A stretch of 64,000 bases of DNA from Lachnospiraceae bacterium (GTDB lineage: Bacteria; Bacillota; Clostridia; Lachnospirales; Lachnospiraceae): positions 443 to 64,442 of the forward strand of contig JAILRH010000187.1 in NCBI GenBank assembly GCA_024698345.1. Direction: 5' to 3'. The translations under genes and the position numbers were made by a program. Below are positions 16,450 to 25,176 of the stretch, in pieces. The notes under the pieces are model-generated. The model made no database searches, was not told the DNA's origin, and saw only the letters and a program-made list of their open reading frames with translations. Each line of letters opens with the position of its first letter. Position 1 is the first letter of the stretch.

Positions 16450-16917
16450 GTTAAATTAATAATAAATGTCTACTATACTGTAGATAACTATATTGTTAGG
16501 TATATTGCGTCGTTAAATTAATAATAAATGTCTACTATACTGTAGATAGAGATATGGTTGTGCATAGTATTTCAGTTAAATTAATAATAAATGTCTACTA
16601 TACTGTAGATCTGCTTAGGTCTGTTGCAAATGCAAGAGTTAAATTAATAATAAATGTCTACTATACTGTAGATTTATCCATTGTTAAGTTCTTAATAAAC
16701 TTAAATTAATAATAAATGTCTACTATACTGTAGATTGATAGCAGTTTCCACTGTTTTCTGCGTTGAATTAATAATAAATGTCTACTATACCGTAGATTCG
16801 ATTTGCTTAGACCATCAATAGAGAGTTAAATTAATAATAAATGTCTACTATGGTGTAGATAACTGATAGAGAAAGAGTGAAACAGACTTAAATAAAAATG
16901 TCTATCATAGCATAGTT
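16450..16917 (+). CRISPR. type V-A CRISPR array, 7 spacers
   Basis: 36-nt repeat GTTAAATTAATAATAAATGTCTACTATACTGTAGAT at 16450, 16512, 16575, 16638, 16700, 16762 and 16825, plus a truncated degenerate copy at 16887-16917. Spacers are 26-27 nt. The repeat 3' end forms the Cas12a handle UCUAC-loop-GUAGA-U. Confidence 0.95.
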
Positions 16918-16994
16918 CTCAAATTGATATCGTTTGGCAGAATAATAAAAAATTGCTATTGTGTAGTACGTTTTTTTCAATAATATTTAATGTA

Positions 16995-17154
16995 TTGCCA
17001 TTTTTTGTCATATGTGTTAAACTACAACTGTGTATTAAAAGTTACACGTTTTATTTTTCGTTTGAACAGAATAGGGTATATTATTAAAAGACTGTTTTTC
17101 GATGGTCTTTGTTTTTATGAGCGGAGTCGGAACAAATATGCTGACTCCGCTTTT
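16995..17154 (+). promoter_or_regulatory. promoter plus three-hairpin leader ahead of the T4SS operon (diverged copy C)
   Basis: TTGCCA 16995-17000, 17 nt, TGtTAAACT 17015-17023. Hairpins GTGTA/TACAC 17030-17047 and AAAGAC/GTCTTT 17087-17110. Terminator GCGGAGTC/GACTCCGC 17121-17150 plus TTTT, then ATGCCC box, SD, ATG 17181. Confidence 0.5.
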
Positions 17155-17180
17155 ATGCCCTTATTCAAGGAGGATATTGG

Positions 17181-17648
17181 ATGGATGTAGTTGATTCACC
17201 AAGAGTGGAATTGCTCGCAAAAAATAAGAAAAAGAACAATAAAAACAAGACAAATACAAAAACTAAGAAAGGTGTCTTAGAATATAATTCAAAGAAAAGC
17301 GTAGATGTTAAGAAAGAAATCACAGAGAAGAAAGAGACGAGTAATTCAAGTGGAGGAATTAACTCATTTGATGTTTTAACTCAACAGCCTTCGTCTGATG
17401 TATTTGCTACGCCGAGGGAACACACAGAGGGGTTTCTTGCAAGCGGATACAGTTTGTTTTTTACAACAGGAACAATAATGGCTATTTTATGTATAATGGC
17501 AAGTGGTATTTCGTTTATGTGGAATCATAACAGGAATGCTGGAAAAGAGATAAAACATACGCTTACAAAAATATTATTTTATTCAGGTTTGTTATTCGGC
17601 GCAGTGTCGATAGCAACTTTAGCATATAACATAGGAAAATCATTATAA
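17181..17648 (+). CDS. small 2-TM membrane protein, VirB2/TrbC-pilin-like or Maff2-like (paralogue 1)
   Basis: Lys/Asn-rich N-terminus, then TM, MW, basic loop, TM (ILCIMASGISFMWNHNRNAGKEIKH...LLFGAVSIATLAY). Confidence 0.5.
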   Translation: MDVVDSPRVELLAKNKKKNNKNKTNTKTKKGVLEYNSKKSVDVKKEITEKKETSNSSGGINSFDVLTQQPSSDVFATPREHTEGFLASGYSLFFTTGTIMAILCIMASGISFMWNHNRNAGKEIKHTLTKILFYSGLLFGAVSIATLAYNIGKSL

Positions 17649-17666
17649 TTATTGGAGGTATTACAA

Positions 17667-18047
17667 ATGAAAAAAATGAAATTACTTGCTATGGGAGCTA
17701 TATCATGGTTAGATTATACAATAATCAGAGTTAACAGTGTGTTGGCTGATTATAAGCCAGAAGATATTAAAAATAATAGTGATGGCACTTTTGATCCCGT
17801 TGAAGATGCTATTAAAGGGAAAGGTGCTTCTGCATTTAGTCTTCTTCAGACTATTGGTGTTATTTCTGCCGTATTAACAATTATTGCAGCCGGTTTAGGA
17901 ATTATGTGGTTCCCAAGTGCTAATAAGAAAGATGAGCATAAGTCAAAGCTTGCTATGATTGCTTTTGGTGCAGCTTTAGTGTTTGGTGCAATATCAATTG
18001 TAACTGTTTTCATGGGATTCTTTTCCCCTACAGGAGCGACAAAATAA
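17667..18047 (+). CDS. small 2-TM membrane protein (paralogue 2)
   Basis: ATG 17667 is 8 nt from GGAGG. Signal-like N-terminus, then VLTIIAAGLGIMWFPSANKKDEHKSKLAMIAFGAALVFGAISIV. Confidence 0.5.
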   Translation: MKKMKLLAMGAISWLDYTIIRVNSVLADYKPEDIKNNSDGTFDPVEDAIKGKGASAFSLLQTIGVISAVLTIIAAGLGIMWFPSANKKDEHKSKLAMIAFGAALVFGAISIVTVFMGFFSPTGATK

Positions 18048-18061
18048 GTGAATAATTATTG

Positions 18062-18092
18062 TTTTAAGGTGCGCTTCTAGCGTGCCTTAAAA
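18062..18092 (+). other. 13-bp stem-loop between paralogues 2 and 3
   Basis: TTTTAAGGTGCGC TTCTA GCGTGCCTTAAAA (two G-U pairs). No U-tract, so more likely an mRNA processing/stability element than a terminator. Confidence 0.35.
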
Positions 18093-18109
18093 TCTATATT
18101 GGAGAAAAA

Positions 18110-18433
18110 ATGATGATGAATATAATATATATTATTGCAAAAATCGATAAAAATACAGATCCGTTTACATATTTGAACGATACTAGTATGACTGATAATC
18201 CAACAATCATATCATTGTTGCAGTCAACGTCGGGATTGCTTATGACTATCGGACTTGGTGGAGGTGTGCTGTCGCTGATGTGGTATGCCATAAAAAAATT
18301 ATTAGGTAGTGGTTCTGAAAGAAATGATGCAAAAGATGTGATTACTAATAAAATATTTATGCTCGCAGGAATATCAGGATTTACTTTTTTCTGCGGTGTA
18401 GCAAAGATGGCTGCAGATGCATTAATAAAATAA
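18110..18433 (+). CDS. small 2-TM membrane protein (paralogue 3)
   Basis: LLMTIGLGGGVLSLMWYAIKKLLGSGSERNDAKD...FMLAGISGFTFFCGV; same TM-MW-basic loop-TM layout. Confidence 0.5.
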   Translation: MMMNIIYIIAKIDKNTDPFTYLNDTSMTDNPTIISLLQSTSGLLMTIGLGGGVLSLMWYAIKKLLGSGSERNDAKDVITNKIFMLAGISGFTFFCGVAKMAADALIK

Positions 18434-18451
18434 AGTTAAATGGAGGGGAAT

Positions 18452-18790
18452 ATGGCATTAAGGTTTGATGAAGCGGAAGTACCGCATCAGATGAAAGATG
18501 AGGATATATGGTTTCGATTTTTTACAAAATCGCAGCTTATGGCTTTAGCTCCGGTTGTTGGAATTGATTTTGTGCTTATAAAAATAACGGCGGCTTTTAA
18601 AATACTTCCAGTAGGTGTTACGATAGCTTTTGTTTTTTCGTTGGCTGCATTAGTACTTGTGATGATAAAAATTCCGGAAAATATGTATCTATATGGGATA
18701 GGAAAGCCTCTTTATGTTCCTATCGCTCAATGGTTGCTCAGAAAAGTCGGTAAAAAGAAAATATATACGAAAAATTATAAAGATAAATAA
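18452..18790 (+). CDS. PrgI/VirB3-like small membrane protein
   Basis: ATG 18452 is 5 nt after GGAGG. Hydrophilic N-terminus then two adjacent TM helices. Position upstream of a VirB4-type ATPase is typical of VirB3/PrgI. Confidence 0.45.
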   Translation: MALRFDEAEVPHQMKDEDIWFRFFTKSQLMALAPVVGIDFVLIKITAAFKILPVGVTIAFVFSLAALVLVMIKIPENMYLYGIGKPLYVPIAQWLLRKVGKKKIYTKNYKDK

Positions 18791-18807
18791 AAGGAGTACG
18801 GATTACT

Positions 18808-20046
18808 ATGTTGGAACAGCTTAATGATTATCTCCACATACTTACTGCGATAATTATTGTTATTGGCGCGGTGTTACTTGGAGCTAGTTTTTTCTTTATT
18901 AAAAAGGGAATACGAGTAAAGGCAAAAAATGAAGATGAAAGTGATTACAGTAGCTTCGATAGGGAAGATGCAAGTACATATTTAGAGTTCGATGATATTA
19001 TTGATACTGTTAGTGGAGCAATCATGGTTGTTGTTCCTAACAAACAGTATATTGCAATGCTTTCAACTGTAGGAAGTGAATGGAAATCTGCAAGCAGAGC
19101 AGATAAAATTGCAAGGATTGGTTCTGAGGTTTCAAGAATGTCTATCATAAAGAATCCGATGGAGGTATGGCAGTATGCAAAACCTGTTGATATGTCGGAT
19201 TATATAAAGAAGTATGAAGAGAGAAGAAATTTTATTAATAATCAATACTTGAATGCGAAGGCTGATTATGAGGAATTGAAAGCAAAAGCAGATTTTATAG
19301 ATAACGATAATTTTGAAGTGTTTTATGAAGAAGTAAAGAAAAAGAGAGCTGAAGTTTTCTCTCTTGATTTCCAAAGAAAGAACATTGATGAACAGATTGC
19401 TTATGTGAAAAGGATTACAGGTCCTGGTTCAGAGCCTGAGAAATGTATCTGCTATGTGTTTGAGTGGAATTATGATCCAATTAATTTTACAGACCCGCTT
19501 GAAGAAGACGAGATTTGGAGACAGGCTGCAAAAGAATTGGATAATCTTTGCAAAAAACATATTGATTCATTAGCCGGCAGTGGCGTATATGCAAGACGAA
19601 TGAACAAGGCAGAGATGATAGAAGCAATAAGAAGACAGACTTGTCCTATTACTGCAGACATATATAATATTGATGATATTATTGGTAGCTCATTTAATGA
19701 GATGGTTGTTGAGAGCGACTCTCTTGCGGAAGAACTTGAGTTGAAAAGAAGGGAAGATACTGAGGATTCTGTAGTTGAGGAATTCTCGTTCGATGTTCTT
19801 AAAAAGAAACAAAGATACAATGAATTGCTTAATGACAAGATAAGAATTACCATTCGCTGTACAGACTGTGGTAAAAAAGCGAATATTGATATGACTGATG
19901 AACAGTATGGTCGTTACAGAAGATATCTTTCAGGCGAAGGCTTGATCCAGGATATGCTCTATGATTTGAAAGAAGAGCATAAGGAATTAATTCTTTCAGG
20001 ATTGTGCCAGTCATGTCTTAATGAGGGGGTGAATGGAGTTGACTAG
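18808..20046 (+). CDS. membrane-anchored T4SS-operon protein with C-terminal zinc ribbon
   Basis: N-terminal TM (ILTAIIIVIGAVLLGASFFFI), charged coiled region, CTDCGKK...CQSC. Confidence 0.5.
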   Translation: MLEQLNDYLHILTAIIIVIGAVLLGASFFFIKKGIRVKAKNEDESDYSSFDREDASTYLEFDDIIDTVSGAIMVVVPNKQYIAMLSTVGSEWKSASRADKIARIGSEVSRMSIIKNPMEVWQYAKPVDMSDYIKKYEERRNFINNQYLNAKADYEELKAKADFIDNDNFEVFYEEVKKKRAEVFSLDFQRKNIDEQIAYVKRITGPGSEPEKCICYVFEWNYDPINFTDPLEEDEIWRQAAKELDNLCKKHIDSLAGSGVYARRMNKAEMIEAIRRQTCPITADIYNIDDIIGSSFNEMVVESDSLAEELELKRREDTEDSVVEEFSFDVLKKKQRYNELLNDKIRITIRCTDCGKKANIDMTDEQYGRYRRYLSGEGLIQDMLYDLKEEHKELILSGLCQSCLNEGVNGVD

Positions 20047-22333
20047 AGAAATATATATGTTTATTGCAATGATTTCTATGATCGTATTGTTTAGTGCTGT
20101 CATAATGAAGATTGTTATTGCATTAAAAAAACGAGATTATGAGCAAGAATTGGAAGAGAGCGAAAAGTTTTCCGATGAAGAAATTAGAACATTTAACGAA
20201 GTAGAGCATGATATATTCGACAAGAAAAGAGTTGTTAAGCAGCTTGTAGCTCCTAATGGTATTAATCCAAAACCACTTGGATATCTTATAGTAAATGACG
20301 GTGGTGTTGATGTTTATAAAAGAACATTTACAATCGATCAGCTTCCAAAGAAGATGAGATTTGCAGATACTTGGCCTGCAATAGCAAATTTTGAAGGCTC
20401 AACAGCATCCGTTTTTATTGAACCTCTTACAACAAAAGAGGCATCTAAGCAGCTTGATAACCATGTTGTTGAACTTGATGCCGAAATAATACATGCTGAA
20501 AAGCCTGAGATTCAGGATAGAAACAGGGCGAGAAAACTTCGTTCTCAAAGACGTAAAACAGAAAACTGGGCAGATAAAATTGAAGGTGGAGATGATTCTT
20601 TCTATAGAGTGGGATTTCTCATTACGATTGCTGCAGAGTCTTTGTCAAAATTAAATCTGATGTCTGATACTTTACAAAAAACTGCACAGGAAAAGGGAAT
20701 GCTTCTCTCTTCTTGCTACAGTGTTCAGTCAGAGGCATTTAAGTCAAATATGCCAATGAACAGGATATACAGAGGAAAGCTCAATGCTTCGCCTGTTAAA
20801 TGGCACCTTATGAATAAGGAATCGGTGGCATGTATATATAATCATACTACTGAGAGATTTATGCATGAAAATGGTATTCCACTTGGAAGGAATATGTATA
20901 CAGCAGATCCAGTTACTTTCGACCTTTATCATAAGGGACATAAGAAAGGTTATTCGGTTATATTCTCCGGACCAATGGGTGTTGGAAAATCGACTGTAGT
21001 TAAGAAGATGATGAATGAGTTTATGTCAATGTATGACTACAGATTTGTTGTTATTGATTCGCAGTCCGTTGCTGGAAGGGGTGAGTATGTAAATACCTGT
21101 CTTGCAAACAATGGAACTGTGTTTGAAATTTCTCACCGTTCTAAGAACGTTGCAAACCTGTTTGATGTAAATGAAGAAATTACTGCGGAGGGTAAACGAG
21201 ACCTTAAGCTGAGCGAAAAAATTGAAAGTTTGGCATCTGCTTTTTCTACAATGCTTCAGATACAGACAGCAACCTTTGCTGAAAGCACTTACATTAGAGA
21301 TATTAATATGAAAATGTTGGGTGAGGCTTATACTGTGCTAGGTATTTATGATGGAAAGCCTGATTCGCTTTATGAAGAAGGAAAAGTATCTTCAAAGGGA
21401 GAAATTGTTGCAGGTAAGGTAAGAAAAGAAATGCCGACAATATCTTCATTCTACAAGCAGCTTCTTATTGGAATGAAAAATGAAACTAATGAGAAGAAAA
21501 AGGAAGTATACGATATTATGCTCTCGGGATATGCGAGATTTGTCAGAGGTGTTTACTATTCTCAGGACAAGCTTGATTTCTTAACAAAGGAAGAGTTTTA
21601 TAAACTTCCGGAAAAAGAAATCAATAAGAAGAAATATCGTTACAGACTTGTAGATGGAGTAGAAGAGTTGGTTATTGGTGTTGAGGGACAATCATCTTAC
21701 TTTGACGGACAGTCAAACGTATCGATTGACAAGAAATGTCCTTGTACCGTATTTGATATATCTGCACTTCCAAAAGAAGAGCAGAAGATGGCCAGGGGGT
21801 TACTTTCTCCATATATTGAAGAAAACTTTGTTAAAACAAATAATGAAGATATTACAAAAGCTGAAAAGCTCGTACTTGTATATGATGAAGCTTACGAACA
21901 GTATAATGTTGGATTGGCTTCAAGAAAACAGTGTTCAGGATTGTCGAGAACATGTAGAAAGAAGAATGTTGGTTTGTGGTGGATTACACAGGCTTGCGCC
22001 GATTATGATGTAGATGATGATTTAAGAGCAATCTTTAAATTGTCAGATATGAAATTTATCTTCCAGCAGTCAAGCATGGATGATGAATTCTTAAAATCAG
22101 CACTAACGCTTACTGATAATCAGAGAAAGAGACTATATGTTATTAATGGTTCAAAGAGTGCTGACGGACAGACTTATTCTAAACCGGGACAGGTGTGTTT
22201 GATAGATGGTGCAGCTGTATGTTTCCTACAAGTAGAAATTATGCCTGAAACAGAAGGTTTTATTGTAGAAACAGATATGAGAAAGTTAGCTAAGAAGTAT
22301 GGAAAGGATGCGATGTGGTGGAATCAGGAATGA
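20033..22333 (+). CDS. virB4: VirB4/TcpF/PrgJ-type conjugation ATPase
   Basis: 766 aa, N-terminal TM, Walker A FSGPMGVGKST, Walker B LVLVYDEAY, in an operon with other T4SS parts. Confidence 0.8.
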   Translation: MELTREIYMFIAMISMIVLFSAVIMKIVIALKKRDYEQELEESEKFSDEEIRTFNEVEHDIFDKKRVVKQLVAPNGINPKPLGYLIVNDGGVDVYKRTFTIDQLPKKMRFADTWPAIANFEGSTASVFIEPLTTKEASKQLDNHVVELDAEIIHAEKPEIQDRNRARKLRSQRRKTENWADKIEGGDDSFYRVGFLITIAAESLSKLNLMSDTLQKTAQEKGMLLSSCYSVQSEAFKSNMPMNRIYRGKLNASPVKWHLMNKESVACIYNHTTERFMHENGIPLGRNMYTADPVTFDLYHKGHKKGYSVIFSGPMGVGKSTVVKKMMNEFMSMYDYRFVVIDSQSVAGRGEYVNTCLANNGTVFEISHRSKNVANLFDVNEEITAEGKRDLKLSEKIESLASAFSTMLQIQTATFAESTYIRDINMKMLGEAYTVLGIYDGKPDSLYEEGKVSSKGEIVAGKVRKEMPTISSFYKQLLIGMKNETNEKKKEVYDIMLSGYARFVRGVYYSQDKLDFLTKEEFYKLPEKEINKKKYRYRLVDGVEELVIGVEGQSSYFDGQSNVSIDKKCPCTVFDISALPKEEQKMARGLLSPYIEENFVKTNNEDITKAEKLVLVYDEAYEQYNVGLASRKQCSGLSRTCRKKNVGLWWITQACADYDVDDDLRAIFKLSDMKFIFQQSSMDDEFLKSALTLTDNQRKRLYVINGSKSADGQTYSKPGQVCLIDGAAVCFLQVEIMPETEGFIVETDMRKLAKKYGKDAMWWNQE

Positions 22334-25170
22334 TGAAAAAAACATCTATATTAGTTTTTCTGATTATGACTATTATGAGTGTATTTGTGGGGATTGCTCA
22401 GCCGACTACTGTTCATGCCGGAGGTTGGATAGATCATAACGACGGAATATATAATCAAGCCGAACAAGACAGTAAAGAAAAGGAAAAAGAATATAAGTAT
22501 ACTGATGAGTTTGGGAAAAAGGATGACAAAGATAATAAGCCGGGAATGCTTGAAAAGTTACTAGGTGAGTTTTTTTTCGGCGTTGCAAACAAGTTCAATA
22601 AATTGTTTGAGTCTTTTAATCTTGATATTGATTCATTGGTTCTTGGTAGAGTTAAGGCGGGATTTAATGACGTCAATCTTCTTGCTTTTGAACTATCGCC
22701 CGGAAACCCGTTTGGTCTGGTAGGTTCCATTGTATTTACTACACTAAGAAGTGCCGCTTTTTTGATTGTTGCCACATATGTTCTTTTTGTTTTTGTAAAA
22801 GGAGCTATAAGTAATACCGCAAATTCAAGGGAAAAGATAAAAGATGAACTCGTTAGCACTATGTTAATGTTTTTTGTATTGACACTTGCTCCTTATGTCC
22901 TTGATGTATGTATCTATGTAAGAGATGTTATCCTAGTGTTTTTAAAAGATTCACTGTCTGAGGCAGCAGGAAGTAGCGGTCTTGAAATTTATGATTGTTT
23001 TTCTGCTTCTTATGAAGCTAGTGGACACGGAATTATTCCAGCAGCATTGTGTTTAGGAACAGCAGTTTTGACAATATGTTTTATATACAGTTATGGAAGT
23101 ATAGCATTAACAAACCTCTTGCTGTTTATTTCTCTTCCAGCCATTGTGTGCTTTGGAGCTGAAAAGAGGAAGAAGACATTGGGGAATTGGACATCAATGT
23201 GGGTTGCAAACCTTGCAGTTCCTTGTTTTGACTATATCCTATTAATGGTAATAGTAATGATACCGGTTGTTAGCGGGTACAATTTAAAGAGTGCTATTGT
23301 CCAACTTGTTCTTGCTAGTTTAATTCTTAAGGCAAGACAGATTGTTCTTTCAATCTTGGATCTTCATACTACAGCAAATTTAAGAGGTGTTGGCGGACTT
23401 ATGGGAGTTATGGCAGCTGGAAGACTTCTTGGCAATGCTGTTGGCCTTGTTAAAAGTGCAGGAGAGAGTTTCAAAGAAGCACATGAAGCAAAAAAGGATG
23501 CAGAACTTGAAGAAGATCTCGCTAATGAAGAAAATGATGTTGCAAAAGACCTTGATTCAGAGGACGCAGTAAGGGATAGTAATCAGACTGACGCACCAGA
23601 ACATGATTCTATGGATGAAGATGCTGATGAAGAGGCAAATCTTAATGACGAAGATGAAAATATTGGTGATGAATCTGTGGAAACAGACGGTGATGAAAGA
23701 AATAGGGACAAAATGGACTCTGATGAGCATGATGAATTTAGAGATGGTGATGTAGATAACAGCTCTGATGAGGAAGGCGAAGAAAAGCAGGCAGATGATA
23801 GTTTGGATGAGAAGTCTAGAACTGACCGCTCTGGTGCTAAAGAGTCAGATGATTTAGATGATGGAGATTCAAGAGATAATCCAAATGATAAGCTTGAGGA
23901 TTTGCAAAGAGCGAATGATGAATTAAACGAAAAGAATAATAGACTTGAGGATGGTATCCAAAGGGATAACAAGGAAATTGCTAGAAATGATGCAAATATC
24001 GAGAGGTTAGAGGCAGATAATAAGAGAGCCCAGGAACAACTTGACAGACTTAATGATGAAGGTCAGGGACAAAGTGAGCAGGCAAGAAAACTTCAGGAAC
24101 GTATAGATGGTAATAATTCTGAGATAGGTAGGCTGAAAGGAAGAAACAGTGCTCTTGCCAGTGATATTTCAGCTAGAAGCAGTGAAAAAGTTAATAATCT
24201 TTCCGCTATCAGAGCAAATAATGAGCAGATACAGCAGATTAGAAATGAAGCTGCACCAATGCAGAATTATGGCAGAAAATGGATGAATGCTTACAATGAA
24301 AAAAATGCAACTCCTGAACAAAAGAGACTTCATGATATTGCTATGAAGCGAGCAAATGTACATAACTTTGATTCGCCTCAGTTTGATGGTATGCTTTCGC
24401 ATCAGGAAAAAGCAGAGTTTTATAGACAACGTGCTAGAAACAAAGCTGCAGAAGGGGTTGGAAAGATTGTTGCTGGTAGTGGCGGAATGATAGTAGGTGG
24501 TGCCGGAGGTATGGCTGCATCTACATTTCTTGGCCCTGAGTATCAGCTGATGATGGCAGCAGGCGGCTCGGGACTTGGAGGTGATCTTGGTACATTTGTA
24601 GGTGGTACAGTCGGAGAAAGAGCTTTTGATGCCGGACAAATAATAAGAGATAGGGTGCCTGGAGCTGTGACAGTATTAATGAATAATGAAAACAGCGGCT
24701 TTGGAACCAATAATAATCAAAGTTCTAATACAAATGCAAATCAGCCAACAAGACGTGTGTTTGAAGTTTCAAACGGTGCTAGAAATAAAGATGCTCAGAA
24801 CTCAAGAGAATTCCCTGCACTTGATAGTGTACCAATATCAAAACCGGAATCAGTAGAGGTTTTTGACAATAAAGAAGGTGAATTTATGATAAGAATGAAA
24901 GAAACTCATGACAGGTTGGAAGAAATGAATAACAGAGCGAACCAGACATTACAATATGCTGAGCTTGATGGTGAGAGACAGAATGTTGCAATTAACGGTA
25001 TTATAAGCAAATATATGACTGCTGTTTCGCTTAATGATATGACTAAAGAAGAAGTGCCTACACGTATCAAAGAAGAGTACAGAAGGGGCTATGATGACAT
25101 GAGTCCTGAAAGCAAGGCAAAGATAGACGCATTTATTGATAAAGTTACTAAAGAATGGGAGAGTAGATAA
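22330..25170 (+). CDS. polytopic VirB6/TcpH-like membrane protein with long acidic and coiled-coil C-terminal half
   Basis: ATG 22330 overlaps the upstream stop (ATGA). Signal peptide, at least 6 hydrophobic helices (residues about 130-380), a D/E-rich stretch of roughly 150 aa, then heptad-like NDELNEKNNRLEDGIQRDNKEIARNDANIERLEADNKRAQEQL. Confidence 0.5.
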   Translation: MMKKTSILVFLIMTIMSVFVGIAQPTTVHAGGWIDHNDGIYNQAEQDSKEKEKEYKYTDEFGKKDDKDNKPGMLEKLLGEFFFGVANKFNKLFESFNLDIDSLVLGRVKAGFNDVNLLAFELSPGNPFGLVGSIVFTTLRSAAFLIVATYVLFVFVKGAISNTANSREKIKDELVSTMLMFFVLTLAPYVLDVCIYVRDVILVFLKDSLSEAAGSSGLEIYDCFSASYEASGHGIIPAALCLGTAVLTICFIYSYGSIALTNLLLFISLPAIVCFGAEKRKKTLGNWTSMWVANLAVPCFDYILLMVIVMIPVVSGYNLKSAIVQLVLASLILKARQIVLSILDLHTTANLRGVGGLMGVMAAGRLLGNAVGLVKSAGESFKEAHEAKKDAELEEDLANEENDVAKDLDSEDAVRDSNQTDAPEHDSMDEDADEEANLNDEDENIGDESVETDGDERNRDKMDSDEHDEFRDGDVDNSSDEEGEEKQADDSLDEKSRTDRSGAKESDDLDDGDSRDNPNDKLEDLQRANDELNEKNNRLEDGIQRDNKEIARNDANIERLEADNKRAQEQLDRLNDEGQGQSEQARKLQERIDGNNSEIGRLKGRNSALASDISARSSEKVNNLSAIRANNEQIQQIRNEAAPMQNYGRKWMNAYNEKNATPEQKRLHDIAMKRANVHNFDSPQFDGMLSHQEKAEFYRQRARNKAAEGVGKIVAGSGGMIVGGAGGMAASTFLGPEYQLMMAAGGSGLGGDLGTFVGGTVGERAFDAGQIIRDRVPGAVTVLMNNENSGFGTNNNQSSNTNANQPTRRVFEVSNGARNKDAQNSREFPALDSVPISKPESVEVFDNKEGEFMIRMKETHDRLEEMNNRANQTLQYAELDGERQNVAINGIISKYMTAVSLNDMTKEEVPTRIKEEYRRGYDDMSPESKAKIDAFIDKVTKEWESR

Positions 25171-25176
25171 ATAATT

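Noticed and set aside
16450-16917. Self-targeting spacers within this window
   Set aside because: By-eye search found only 9-11 nt coincidental matches (for example near 631-640, 39851-39870, 62281-62300, 63291-63300). This cannot be excluded without a computational search of the whole replicon.
16990-17190. 66-aa ORF between the CRISPR array and the T4SS operon
   Set aside because: It spans the promoter, three hairpins and the terminator of leader copy C. It has no SD, and its translation is hydrophobic/basic noise.
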